The position numbers and the translations under genes were made by a program. The notes below the pieces were generated by a model, which worked only from the letters and a program-made list of their open reading frames with translations, did not search any database and was not told the origin of the DNA. A DNA stretch of 64,000 nt, from the IMG/VR virus record IMGVR_UViG_3300030118_005494; one strand, 5' to 3'. This document shows, piece after piece, positions 15,856 through 25,987 of this stretch. How positions within the stretch are numbered: position 1 is the first letter of the stretch; each line of letters opens with the position of its first letter. The stretch comes from an uncultured virus (IMG/VR IMGVR_UViG_3300030118_005494) (taxonomy: Duplodnaviria; Heunggongvirae; Uroviricota; Caudoviricetes).

Positions 15856-18777
15856 ATGCAATTAAACCTTATAACTAAAAGTCTATACAGCAAACTATAT
15901 AATAACATACACGAAAGTAATGTAGTAATGCAGCGAGCATTACCTCTGTTTGATTCGGTATCGAAAACTTATATCAACTATGATACTCCATTTGTGTGCG
16001 ATGGTAATTTTGAAGTTGAATTTAACTTTTATATTACTGAAGTTGGGTCTGGGAATGGTTTTTTTGCATTATACAGTGAAGATCAGACTCAATATTTATC
16101 TGGAAAACTAAATGACGCTGGAACAGACTACCAAATTAAAATGCAATCTGATGGGGTTACTCCCGGGCAAGGTTTAGCTAACTTAGCAGATAATCAAGCA
16201 CACAAAGCTAACTTTAAGTTAAGTGTGGATGGGTCTATTGAAGTTCGAGTAGACGATGTCATAGCGTACACCAGTACGCATAATGATATGAGTAGAGTTA
16301 TCGGAACAGAATTCCGAGCAATAGTAGGCTGTTTAAATAATGCTGTAGGAAATGAAACATTTAGTCATCTAAAAGGGTACATATGGGACTTCAAGGTCTG
16401 GATTAATGGCCATAAAGAAAATGGTGAGTTATGGATTAATGACCCAATTAATAAGCCTAAATATGATGTATACCCTTTAAGTACCTACAAACAAGAACCA
16501 AATTTATTTGAAAGTTTGGATGCACCATACGGACCTGAAAAAGTATCTACTTATATAACTTCTGGTGGTTCAACTCAGTTAACTTCAGTAGACGGTGAAA
16601 TCAATGTTTATCGAGTTAATGCAAACTCATCTTGGCTCATCAGGAAGCAGAATACATTTAGTAAAGGGGTTTACCTTGTTGATGTCGAGTATGACATGAC
16701 TGAGCAGTGGAGCCTGCAAAATATTGGTGGGTACGTCTATTCTCACCGTGACTCAGGCCCAGTAGTGACTACTAAAGCAGGTTCAAATGGGACATTGAGA
16801 TATGTGTTTGAGTGTGACGCAGATGGGCACTCACTCAGCGTAGTAATTACAAGTAACACAAACCCTGATGATATTGGCAAGAACCTTAGAATTAAAAAAT
16901 TCAATATTAGACCTTTATCATACAATGTTGCAGCAGCGTATAATTTCATAGAATCTGACTACACAATATTTAAGACTAACAGTAATAAATGGACTACAGA
17001 TAACTTAGTACAAAATGGTAGTTTTAGTGACGGAAGCACAAACTGGGTATTTGCAAACGGGTGGTCTGTCATTAACGGAAAAGCCAAAAGAGACGGTGAC
17101 AGTGTTAATGATGGTATCCAGTACTTTAACTTGTTCAATAAAGGAAGTAGATACGAGCTAGAGTATACAACTGATCAACGTACTGTAGGTAGCCTAATAG
17201 CGTATGTCAGTCAAGGTGGGCAACGTGTAGATACTGCTACAAACTCTGGATTAAATATGAAACATAAGTATGAGTTTGTTAGTGATTTTACTGATAAGCT
17301 ACTACTGAGTGGAACAAATAGTTGGGATGGTGCTGTTGATAATGTCAGTGTAAAAGAAATATTAAATCAGCCAATTCTACCTAAATCACGTAAGTTTACA
17401 TTTTTTGACAATATAGCCCAAACTACCATGGTTTTTGATTCTGCTGTACCGCTAGGGTTAAATTGGAAAATTAAAGTAAAATTTAGTGTAGATAATCTGA
17501 ACTCATTAAGAACAATTGTAGGTAATGGGGGCAGTGGTGCACAATCAATGTTTGGCATTCGAATTGATACTGATGGTGATGGAGGTAGGATACGCGCAGT
17601 ATTACCTCGTTCTGCAAATTCATTAGCTTCACGGGCTTGGCCTCATGCTAATGTAGGGGCAATTGAGCCAAACGTAATGCATACTGTTGAGCTGTCCTGT
17701 GCAAACGGCTCTGATTTTACTTTCATAGTGGATAATATTGTAGATAGTGTCACTTTCAACGATATTGATACTGATATTGTTGTTAAAAATATTGGCGCTA
17801 TGACATCCTCAATAACTCATTTTGCTGGCTATATCGCTGATTTGGAAATAGATGTTGATGGTGAAAGTATCGTCAATATGCCTATCAATGGGAATTACCA
17901 AGAAGACCGTGCCAATTTAGTGTTAAATACATTATCGGAATTAACTCCGCTAAATTATGATTTATCAGTTGTTGGTTATGTCACTAATGAAAGCTCTGAT
18001 GTTGAAATGCAAGTTGGAAAAGATAGTGTTGAAATTTGGCGAAACAGCAACACAACTGGTCAATTTGGGTGGAACCTTGCAAACATCACAGACGTTAATG
18101 AATACATACTAGAGTTTGATGTAGAGGTATTCACAGGTAGTGGTATGGTGCAATTTTGGACTGATTCATGGTCTGGTCGAGGTTTCTCTGCTTTTACTGA
18201 AGGTGATAGATTTAAGTTCCGTGAAAAACTACACAACATAGGTAGAATTAGATTTAAAGTTGCTGACTCAGGTGGTATTGCACATATTAAATTTAGTAAC
18301 ATAAAAGTATGGAAAATTGAGGATGGTAAACCTTGCGCTAGGGCAGACAATTTTTTGTTAAGTGATTCTCAGCACTTCAAATACTGGAAAGAAGGTAAGT
18401 ATCTTGGTCCTGAACTTATAACAGAAAGTGTGTGGAAAACTCCGTCACTTGCTAGAGACGCTTGGGTATTTGATGCTCAAACAGACACTTGGACGTTAAC
18501 TGGGGATGGTAGTGCCGAAGAATTAACTTTTGTAACTACTTCTGAGCAACCGCAGCATATGTTTTTAACAGTTGGTGTCTTAGCAGTATCAGGTGCAGGT
18601 GCTGGTCTTAGTATAACATCTGCTAACCCACCCTATATAATTACTGAGCCGGGTTTATACACAGCAATCATTGATCTTAATGAACATGTGCGGCAACAGT
18701 TTAAACGTGCTGGTGGTGTTGTAAATGCCACAATATCTAGACCCTCTCTGCGTAAAATATTGGAGCTAAAATCATGA
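15856..18777 (+). CDS. Large LamG/concanavalin-like and carbohydrate-binding-module protein (appendage or receptor-binding candidate)
   Basis: Two LamG-like units (HLKGYIWDFKV; HFAGYIADLEI) and CBM-like NLVQNGSFSDGSTNW...VDNVSVKE segment. Confidence 0.6.
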   Translation: MQLNLITKSLYSKLYNNIHESNVVMQRALPLFDSVSKTYINYDTPFVCDGNFEVEFNFYITEVGSGNGFFALYSEDQTQYLSGKLNDAGTDYQIKMQSDGVTPGQGLANLADNQAHKANFKLSVDGSIEVRVDDVIAYTSTHNDMSRVIGTEFRAIVGCLNNAVGNETFSHLKGYIWDFKVWINGHKENGELWINDPINKPKYDVYPLSTYKQEPNLFESLDAPYGPEKVSTYITSGGSTQLTSVDGEINVYRVNANSSWLIRKQNTFSKGVYLVDVEYDMTEQWSLQNIGGYVYSHRDSGPVVTTKAGSNGTLRYVFECDADGHSLSVVITSNTNPDDIGKNLRIKKFNIRPLSYNVAAAYNFIESDYTIFKTNSNKWTTDNLVQNGSFSDGSTNWVFANGWSVINGKAKRDGDSVNDGIQYFNLFNKGSRYELEYTTDQRTVGSLIAYVSQGGQRVDTATNSGLNMKHKYEFVSDFTDKLLLSGTNSWDGAVDNVSVKEILNQPILPKSRKFTFFDNIAQTTMVFDSAVPLGLNWKIKVKFSVDNLNSLRTIVGNGGSGAQSMFGIRIDTDGDGGRIRAVLPRSANSLASRAWPHANVGAIEPNVMHTVELSCANGSDFTFIVDNIVDSVTFNDIDTDIVVKNIGAMTSSITHFAGYIADLEIDVDGESIVNMPINGNYQEDRANLVLNTLSELTPLNYDLSVVGYVTNESSDVEMQVGKDSVEIWRNSNTTGQFGWNLANITDVNEYILEFDVEVFTGSGMVQFWTDSWSGRGFSAFTEGDRFKFREKLHNIGRIRFKVADSGGIAHIKFSNIKVWKIEDGKPCARADNFLLSDSQHFKYWKEGKYLGPELITESVWKTPSLARDAWVFDAQTDTWTLTGDGSAEELTFVTTSEQPQHMFLTVGVLAVSGAGAGLSITSANPPYIITEPGLYTAIIDLNEHVRQQFKRAGGVVNATISRPSLRKILELKS

Positions 18778-19130
18778 AAGTATATTTAATTTGGGCTGTT
18801 GCATTGGCCGAAGAGATCGATACAACAGATCGTGACCGGTATATTGAAAAGTTCCCTTGTGCTGCAAAATATGAACCTTTTTACTTGTTCCCAGCAGAAC
18901 AAGAAGAAGTTACCGCATTGACTTGCGAAGTAGTAGACCTTTCATCTAAATTACTGGTTGAAAGTGCAGAAGATAAGTACAATGAAACAGATATTACTTA
19001 TGCTGAATTTGATGCTATGGCAGATGAATTAATAAACCAAGGATTTAGTGGTAGAGCTATTGTATTAAGTGTAGCCCAAGGTAAGTACTTAAAAGAATCT
19101 AGATATCCAGAGCCTGAAACAGGAGAGTAA
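18774..19130 (+). CDS. Hypothetical acidic protein
   Basis: 118-aa ORF coupled by ATGA overlap, GGAG RBS. Confidence 0.65.
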   Translation: MKVYLIWAVALAEEIDTTDRDRYIEKFPCAAKYEPFYLFPAEQEEVTALTCEVVDLSSKLLVESAEDKYNETDITYAEFDAMADELINQGFSGRAIVLSVAQGKYLKESRYPEPETGE

Positions 19131-19131
19131 A

Positions 19132-19380
19132 ATGCAAGTGTTAACAGACCAACAAATATTTGGTGGTAAAGGCACCAGAAAACAATGCTTATTTAAAGCT
19201 GAACCAAATTCAGGTGAAGTTATTTTGAAAAATATTAGTTCTGATGGTACTTATGTTGAAGTTAAACGATTTGACTCAGCATCGACACCAGCAGAATTAA
19301 AAGTACTTTATTACGATTTTGCTGGGGATTATTTTCAAGTAGAATTAACAGTAGACGCTACAGCATCTATTAGTGAATAA
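19132..19380 (+). CDS. Hypothetical protein
   Basis: 82-aa ORF with AGGAG RBS. Confidence 0.65.
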   Translation: MQVLTDQQIFGGKGTRKQCLFKAEPNSGEVILKNISSDGTYVEVKRFDSASTPAELKVLYYDFAGDYFQVELTVDATASISE

Positions 19381-21508
19381 AAGTATCGAGGTAATGATGG
19401 ACGTTAATGAAGATAAATTACAAAAGCCCATTGATTTGAAAGACTGGAAAAAGGCTCCATCATTACAATCAATACTTGATGATGTTTCTGACGCTGCAGA
19501 ATCTTTGGATAACCACTTAGAAACAGTAAAACGTTGGATTGATAATTTATACGTTAAGGGTTCTGCAAAACCTAAAAAGGTTAAAGGAAAATCCAACTTT
19601 GTTCCTAAGTTAATCCGTAAACAGTTTGAGTGGCGCTGTGCTGCGTTATCTGCTCCCTTTCTTAGTAACCCTAACTTATATCAAACAGCACCTAGAACAC
19701 ACGCAGATGTGGAATCAGCACGTAAAAATGGTCTGATACTTAACTACCAATTTAATTACCTTTTGGATAAAGAACGTATCATCAATAAGATTGTACGGAC
19801 TAACGAAGCTGAAGGTACTGTTATTATTAAAGTTGGGTGGGAAGAGAAAAAACGTGTTATTGAGGTTGAAGAAGAACAGTTTGATTATGTTCCTGCAGTT
19901 TCAGAAGAAGAACAACAAGTAGCACAAGCTATTATTGCCCAATATGAGAGTGACCCTAGTGTATTTGGGCAAAAAGGTAATGAGCACTTTTTAACAGCAC
20001 TTCAGATGTCTTTAACGTCTGATACTATGTACATTCCAGTATCTGCGGGTATTGAAACAGTAGAAAAAGAAATAGTTGTTAAAAACCAACCTACTGTTGA
20101 AGTATGTAATATTCAAGATGTTACATTTGACCCGTCATGCAAAGAAGATTACACCAAAGCTAAATTTGTTGAGCACAGATTCGAAAGCAGTATTGCAGAC
20201 CTTAGAGAATTGGGTATTTATGAAAATCTCGATAATGTAAAAGTTGAAGACAATACAATTAAAGGTATTGATCACGTATCCAATGATCGTGGTATCCCTA
20301 ATCAAAATTTTGACTTTAATGACCGAGAACGTAAACGAATTATGGTACATGAGTACTGGGGTTTACGTGATATTCATGGTGACGGAATTTTAACTACGTA
20401 TGTTGTTACTTATGTAGGTGACACAGTTATCCGTATGGATGATGATGTGTATCCAGATGGTGAATTTCCTTTTGTTGTTATAACGCATACACCAATTAAA
20501 AACAGTGTATACGGTGAACCTGACGGTGAGTTGTTAGAAGATAATCAAAAACTTTCTGGTGCACTTACCCGGGGTATTCTTGATACTGTTGGTTCAGTGG
20601 CTGCAGGACAACGAGGAACTGCTAAAGGTTGGTTAGACGCATACAACTACAAACGCTACGAAGAAGGGTTACATTTCCAATTTAATCCTAATATGCGAAT
20701 GGACCAAGCGTTCTATGAAACACAGATGCGCGATATTCCTGCATCCGCACTAACACTACTCGAATATCAAAATAATGACGCAGAGAGCTTTACCGGGACA
20801 AAAACATACGGTAACGAAGGTGTTTCAGGAAACGCATTAGGTAACAGTGTAGGGGGAATTAACCAAGCTGTATCTGCAAGTGCATTACGAGATTCAGATA
20901 TTCTAATTCGTTTGGTTAGCGGAATTAGAAAAATAGGCTATAAAATTATAGCAATGAATAAAGAATTTCTTAGTCCAGTTGAAGAAATTCGAATTACAGA
21001 TAGTCAGTTTGAAACAATTGAATTAGATGAACTTCAGGGTGAAGTGGATATTATTTTATTCCATTCAACAACTGAAGAAGACCAGAAAAAAGCAAATCAG
21101 ATTTCATTTTTATTGCAAACTTTAGGTCCAAATGCATCTTGGGAAGAGCGTATGCCATTATTGGCTAAACTTGCTGATTTACAGAAAATGCCAGATTTGG
21201 CTGAGTATTATCGCAATTACAGACCTCAACCAAATCCTGCTGATGAACTAACTTTAGAGAAATTAAAACTAGAAATTGAAAACTTACGTGCAGAAAACCT
21301 TGAAATTAGAACTAAAGCGATGTTAAATCAAGCTTCAGCTAAAGACAAAAATTCTTCAGCTAATCTGAAGGATTTAGATTTAATTGAAACTGAATCGGGT
21401 GTTAAATCTGAAAGACGTAAAGATGAGATTAGATCTCAGTCTGAAGGAAATAAAGAACTCGAAATACTTAAACATAACTTATCCACTACCAACGCTGATA
21501 AAGCTTAA
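19373..21508 (+). CDS. Portal protein (N4 gp59-like); start may be 19394 or 19397
   Basis: PKLIRKQFEWRCAALSAPFLS, VHEYWG, YGEPDGELLEDNQK motifs; synteny before gp58/57/56. Confidence 0.92.
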   Translation: MNKSIEVMMDVNEDKLQKPIDLKDWKKAPSLQSILDDVSDAAESLDNHLETVKRWIDNLYVKGSAKPKKVKGKSNFVPKLIRKQFEWRCAALSAPFLSNPNLYQTAPRTHADVESARKNGLILNYQFNYLLDKERIINKIVRTNEAEGTVIIKVGWEEKKRVIEVEEEQFDYVPAVSEEEQQVAQAIIAQYESDPSVFGQKGNEHFLTALQMSLTSDTMYIPVSAGIETVEKEIVVKNQPTVEVCNIQDVTFDPSCKEDYTKAKFVEHRFESSIADLRELGIYENLDNVKVEDNTIKGIDHVSNDRGIPNQNFDFNDRERKRIMVHEYWGLRDIHGDGILTTYVVTYVGDTVIRMDDDVYPDGEFPFVVITHTPIKNSVYGEPDGELLEDNQKLSGALTRGILDTVGSVAAGQRGTAKGWLDAYNYKRYEEGLHFQFNPNMRMDQAFYETQMRDIPASALTLLEYQNNDAESFTGTKTYGNEGVSGNALGNSVGGINQAVSASALRDSDILIRLVSGIRKIGYKIIAMNKEFLSPVEEIRITDSQFETIELDELQGEVDIILFHSTTEEDQKKANQISFLLQTLGPNASWEERMPLLAKLADLQKMPDLAEYYRNYRPQPNPADELTLEKLKLEIENLRAENLEIRTKAMLNQASAKDKNSSANLKDLDLIETESGVKSERRKDEIRSQSEGNKELEILKHNLSTTNADKA

Positions 21509-21511
21509 GGA

Positions 21512-21901
21512 ATGATAATGCAACAACACAACGGTACTATCACAGTCACTCAAGAACAGTTCGAAGAAGAGACACGACAACTAAAAGCAGATGTCGAACG
21601 CTCTGACCGTTTAAAAGAACTTGAAGATAACCCTATCTTTAAAGAGTTATTCTTAGAACGGTACCTTAAAGAAGAACCTCAACGAATTACTTCACTATTG
21701 GCTTTGTCAGTACAAAACAACAGTAATAACGGACAAAATAGTCAACGTATGCTGTCTCGTGAAAGTTTAGATAACCAGTTAATGGGTATTTCTCAATTTG
21801 CACATTATTGTCGAATTATTCATAACATGGGGCATGCAGCTGCAGATCAGTTAGCGCACCGTGAAGTAGTAGACTCTGAAGACGATACAACTGAGGAATA
21901 A
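21512..21901 (+). CDS. N4 gp58-like conserved protein
   Basis: LKELEDNPIFKELFLERYLKEEPQR motif and synteny. Confidence 0.7.
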   Translation: MIMQQHNGTITVTQEQFEEETRQLKADVERSDRLKELEDNPIFKELFLERYLKEEPQRITSLLALSVQNNSNNGQNSQRMLSRESLDNQLMGISQFAHYCRIIHNMGHAAADQLAHREVVDSEDDTTEE

Positions 21902-21905
21902 GACT

Positions 21906-23048
21906 ATGGGTAGAGAACTTGATACTGCAAGCGACGAAGAATTCGACCGTTTATTTGATCAAGCACTTTACTCTGGTGAGGGGGAAGCTGATGCTTCCTC
22001 TGAATCCGAAGAAAGTGCAGATGATAGTACAGAAGTTACTTCAGAAGATTTTAATGAAGAATCTGATGATAATGTTGAAGAAGAAGAGTCTTCTGAAGAA
22101 CATTCTGATACTGATGAAGACGATTCAGAGGAAGAAACTTCTGAAGATGATGAAGTAGAAGATACGGAAGAATCAGACGAAACAGATTCTGAGGATGAAG
22201 ATAAAGATCCTGACGAATCCGATTATAAATCTCAGATTGAAGAATTATTAAGTCCATTCCGAGCTAACGGTATGGATATGTCTGTTAAAAACGTTAGTGA
22301 AGCTCGTCGCTTAATGCAGATGGGTGCGAACTATAATAAAAAGATGGGTATCTTAAAACCCAGACTTAATTTAGTTCGAGTACTTGAAGATAACGATTTA
22401 TTAGACCAAGATAAAATTAATCAATTAATTGATGTATCAAAAGGTGATGCTAAAGCAATTTCAGCTTTACTAAATAATTTAGGAGTTGACCCTTTAACAT
22501 TATCAAGTGATACTGACGATTATAAACCAAATACTTACAATGTTAACGAAGAACTACAAGCTATAGAAGATGTACTAGAAGATATTAAAGATGCTTCACC
22601 ATCGACTTATCGCACATTAGATTCTTCCGTTATTAATAAGTGGGATGTGCAGAGTGTACAAGCTTTTGCACAAAAGCCTGAACTACTTGAAGTAGTTGCA
22701 CAACATATCGGAACCAAAACAGATAATGGCACTTCGGTATTTGAGACTATTAGCAATGAACTTCAACGAAGAAAGGCTATTGGACTTCAGAAAGGAGTTT
22801 CAGACTTACAAGCTTATCATGATATTGGCTTAGAACTATTTGGCAATCCAGAGGAACCAAAAGATGTTATTAAACCTAAAGTCACTAAGCGAAAGCCTGA
22901 CCCTGAACGAAAACGTAAAGTAACAGCATCATCTAAGCAAAGTGCGAGTAAACCTAAAGCTAAAGGCAAAAAGGAACTCACTTCATCTGCTCTAGATAAT
23001 TTATCAGATGCTGAATTCGATGCGTACATGGACAAGATGTTAGGTTAA
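21906..23048 (+). CDS. N4 gp57-like protein (scaffold; often annotated tape measure)
   Basis: Very acidic N-terminus, PFRANG...LMQMGANYNKKM motif, C-terminal LSDAEF; precedes the major capsid gene. Confidence 0.8.
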   Translation: MGRELDTASDEEFDRLFDQALYSGEGEADASSESEESADDSTEVTSEDFNEESDDNVEEEESSEEHSDTDEDDSEEETSEDDEVEDTEESDETDSEDEDKDPDESDYKSQIEELLSPFRANGMDMSVKNVSEARRLMQMGANYNKKMGILKPRLNLVRVLEDNDLLDQDKINQLIDVSKGDAKAISALLNNLGVDPLTLSSDTDDYKPNTYNVNEELQAIEDVLEDIKDASPSTYRTLDSSVINKWDVQSVQAFAQKPELLEVVAQHIGTKTDNGTSVFETISNELQRRKAIGLQKGVSDLQAYHDIGLELFGNPEEPKDVIKPKVTKRKPDPERKRKVTASSKQSASKPKAKGKKELTSSALDNLSDAEFDAYMDKMLG

Positions 23049-23076
23049 ACCCATTTATTTTTAAGGAAGACATAAT

Positions 23077-24255
23077 ATGTCACGCGAATATAAAGACCCC
23101 TATGGCGGTACCGATTCCCAGATTGGTACTCAGTTTAACGAGTTTCATTATGCACGTAAGGCACTAATTGAAACGCTACCTAATCAGCACTTTATGCCAA
23201 TGGCTGATGTAACCATGCAGCCTAAGCATTATGGTAAGAACATCAAAAAGTATTTGTATGTTCCTTTACTGGATGAGCGTAACGTAAATGACCAAGGTAT
23301 TAACGCAGCTGGTGCTGTAATTGCTGATGGTAACTTGTACGGTGGCGCTAAAGACATTGGTGCTATTACTGCTGCTCTACCTACTATTGGTGAGAACGGT
23401 GGACGTGTTAACCGAGTTGGCTTTACTCGTCTTGAACTGGAAGGTTCAATGGAAGAATTTGGTTTCTTCGATGAGTACACTAAAGACTCAGTTGACTTTG
23501 ATACTGATGCACAACTGATGATGCACGTTAACCGTGAAATGCTACGTGGTGCAACTGAAGTATATGAAGATGTATTGCAAGTTGACTTGCTTAACGCTGC
23601 TGGTGTAGTTCGTTATGCGGGTATTGCAACTAGTGATGCAACTATCACTGGTGAAGGTACTGCTTCACTTGTAGATTATGACGATTTTGTACGTCTAAAC
23701 ATTATCTTGAATGATAACCAAACACCTAAGAAAACCACTATGGTTGTTGGTTCATCTATGACGGATACCCGTACTATTCGTTCAGCACGTTATATGTTCA
23801 TTGGTTCTGAACTTGAACCTACTGTTGAACAGATTACTAACTACTTCGGTGAAGCTGCGTTTGTTTCAGTTGAGAAGTACGCTGATGCAGCAACAATTGC
23901 TACTGATGAAATTGGTTCAATTGGTGCATTCCGTCTTATCTCAGTACCTAAAATGCTTCATTGGGCAGGTGCAGGTGCAAACGTTAGTTCTAACCCGGGC
24001 TTCCACGCTTCAAATGGTAAGTACGATATCTTCCCAATGCTTGTTGTTGGTGATGGTTCATTTACTACCATTGGTTTTGCAATGTCTGGTAAAAATACCA
24101 AATATCGCATTATCCATAAGCCACCCGGTGAAGAAACTGCAGACCGTACTGACCCGTATGGTAAAACAGGGTTTATGTCTATCACATGGTGGTACGGTAC
24201 ATTAATCCTGCGTGCAGAACGTATTGGTCTAATCAAGACTGTTGCTCGTATGTAA
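23077..24255 (+). CDS. Major capsid protein (N4 gp56-like)
   Basis: YVPLLDERNVNDQGI, ENGGRVNRVGFTR, DPYGKTGFMSITWWYG motifs; strong AAGGA RBS; followed by a terminator. Confidence 0.95.
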   Translation: MSREYKDPYGGTDSQIGTQFNEFHYARKALIETLPNQHFMPMADVTMQPKHYGKNIKKYLYVPLLDERNVNDQGINAAGAVIADGNLYGGAKDIGAITAALPTIGENGGRVNRVGFTRLELEGSMEEFGFFDEYTKDSVDFDTDAQLMMHVNREMLRGATEVYEDVLQVDLLNAAGVVRYAGIATSDATITGEGTASLVDYDDFVRLNIILNDNQTPKKTTMVVGSSMTDTRTIRSARYMFIGSELEPTVEQITNYFGEAAFVSVEKYADAATIATDEIGSIGAFRLISVPKMLHWAGAGANVSSNPGFHASNGKYDIFPMLVVGDGSFTTIGFAMSGKNTKYRIIHKPPGEETADRTDPYGKTGFMSITWWYGTLILRAERIGLIKTVARM

Positions 24256-24262
24256 TTGAATT

Positions 24263-24293
24263 GGCTACCTCTTCGGGGGTAGCCTTTACTTTG
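24263..24293 (+). terminator. Rho-independent terminator
   Basis: ggctacctc-TTCG-ggggtagcc followed by tttacttt. Confidence 0.85.
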
Positions 24294-24324
24294 TAATAGG
24301 GTTCCACCCCACCAAGGAAATCAA

Positions 24325-24927
24325 ATGGCTGAATTAACTGAAAAGCAAAAACGAATTGAAGCACTTAAAGAGAAGTGTGACGAGTACGGAATTACTTATG
24401 CACCCCAAGCGGGTGAATCAAAACTGCAGCAACTGCTAGATGCTTATTATAAAGAGCAAGAAGAACTATCGGGTATGCAGAATAATGTAACAACTGCAGA
24501 TGTAGATGAAACTGAAGAAGAAACATCTACTGATGAAAAACCACTAACTAAAGCTGAATTGTACGAACAAGTTAAACGTGAAGCGACTAAACTTATCCGA
24601 GTACGTATTACTTGTATGGACCCTGCGTTTAAAAAGCGTAAGAGTGATCTGTTTAAAGTAAGTAACAAAGCTATTGGTATTGTTGGTCGTTGTGTACAAT
24701 TTGACGGTAAACCTACCCACGTAGAGCAAGTTATTCTTGATGTTATGCGTGCTAAACGTTTCCAAATGTTTGAAGAAGAAACAGTACAAACAGCGTTCGG
24801 TCCACGTAAAGTTAAGAAAGGTCGTCAAGTACCTTCATTTGCTATTGAAGTTCTTCCTCCACTAACTGAGAAAGAATTAAAAGAATTGGCAGCAGACCAA
24901 GCTGCTCGTGGCAGCATTGACGGTTAA
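24325..24927 (+). CDS. N4 gp55-like protein
   Basis: KLIRVRITCMDP and FAIEVLPPLTEKELKELAADQAA motifs; synteny. Confidence 0.8.
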   Translation: MAELTEKQKRIEALKEKCDEYGITYAPQAGESKLQQLLDAYYKEQEELSGMQNNVTTADVDETEEETSTDEKPLTKAELYEQVKREATKLIRVRITCMDPAFKKRKSDLFKVSNKAIGIVGRCVQFDGKPTHVEQVILDVMRAKRFQMFEEETVQTAFGPRKVKKGRQVPSFAIEVLPPLTEKELKELAADQAARGSIDG

Positions 24928-24947
24928 GTAAAAGCTAAGGAATACTC

Positions 24948-25985
24948 ATGGCTGAGATCAATATTACTGATGTAACCAATGAAGATAACACTGGCATTTT
25001 AGATATCATACTGCGTAAGTATGAGTCTATAATCCAAGGAGAATTCAACAAAGGTAATATTGCTCAGTCAGACTATTCCAGTGCTTTTATTAATGGCTAT
25101 CAAGCTACATTACAGCAAGCATTTCAATTCATACTAAATAAACAACAATCCGATAAACAAGCTGAGTTATTGGCTGCACAAGTAAGTAAGACAGGGGTTG
25201 AAGAGAATTTAGTAACTGCTCAAATTCAATTAACTAATACTCAGAAAACTAAAGGTGATTCTGAAATTGCCATTTTAGCTCAAGAGTTAATTAACCTGAC
25301 TACAGCCAAAACTAAGATGGATAAAGAAATTTCCATTTTGGATTCTCAACGTCTTAATATTGATAGTGAAACAACACTTAACACCACTCGAAATACTAAC
25401 TTAGGTAAGGAAGGGTTACGTATTGATAAAGAAGTGGATGTACTGTCTGAAGACATTCTTGTTAAGAAAGCTCAAGTTACTCAGATGTCTACTGAGAATA
25501 CTCGTATCACTGCTCAGAAGAACTTGATTGTACAACAAGAAGCTAACGCACTACTTGAACGAGATAGTATTACAGCTCAGAAAGACCTTGTAATCAGCCA
25601 AAAAGCTAAAGTTGATGCTGATATACTAAACATACCTAAACAAGGCTCACAGCTTGATGCACAGACTGCATTGCTAGGACAACAACTGACTAATGCTGTT
25701 ACTGATAACGCCACACAACTTAAACAGCAAACTAAAATAGATGGGGAAGTTGCGCTACTTTCTGTTCGTAAATTTGCTGAAGAAGCTCAGTACTTGGATA
25801 CTGTAGACGGTAATGCTGTAGTTGGTGTTATCGGTAAGAAAAAAGCATTGTACGATGCCCAAATTACTGGTTTCACTAATGACTATGATGTTAAGTTACG
25901 TAATCTTAAAGCTAATGTATTCAGTGTTATGCGTGGTACTGATGATGCATTGGTGCCTGCTGCTAATATCTATGATGATATCTAA
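24948..25985 (+). CDS. N4 gp54-like structural protein
   Basis: Long Gln/Leu-rich helical repeats and GVIGKKKALYDAQITGF motif; synteny. Confidence 0.75.
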   Translation: MAEINITDVTNEDNTGILDIILRKYESIIQGEFNKGNIAQSDYSSAFINGYQATLQQAFQFILNKQQSDKQAELLAAQVSKTGVEENLVTAQIQLTNTQKTKGDSEIAILAQELINLTTAKTKMDKEISILDSQRLNIDSETTLNTTRNTNLGKEGLRIDKEVDVLSEDILVKKAQVTQMSTENTRITAQKNLIVQQEANALLERDSITAQKDLVISQKAKVDADILNIPKQGSQLDAQTALLGQQLTNAVTDNATQLKQQTKIDGEVALLSVRKFAEEAQYLDTVDGNAVVGVIGKKKALYDAQITGFTNDYDVKLRNLKANVFSVMRGTDDALVPAANIYDDI

Positions 25986-25987
25986 AT

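Noticed and set aside
23801..24205. 134-aa alternate-frame ORF inside the major capsid gene
   Set aside because: Leu/Val/Gln-rich composition typical of a shifted frame of a T-ending codon-biased gene; no slippery site or RBS recognised
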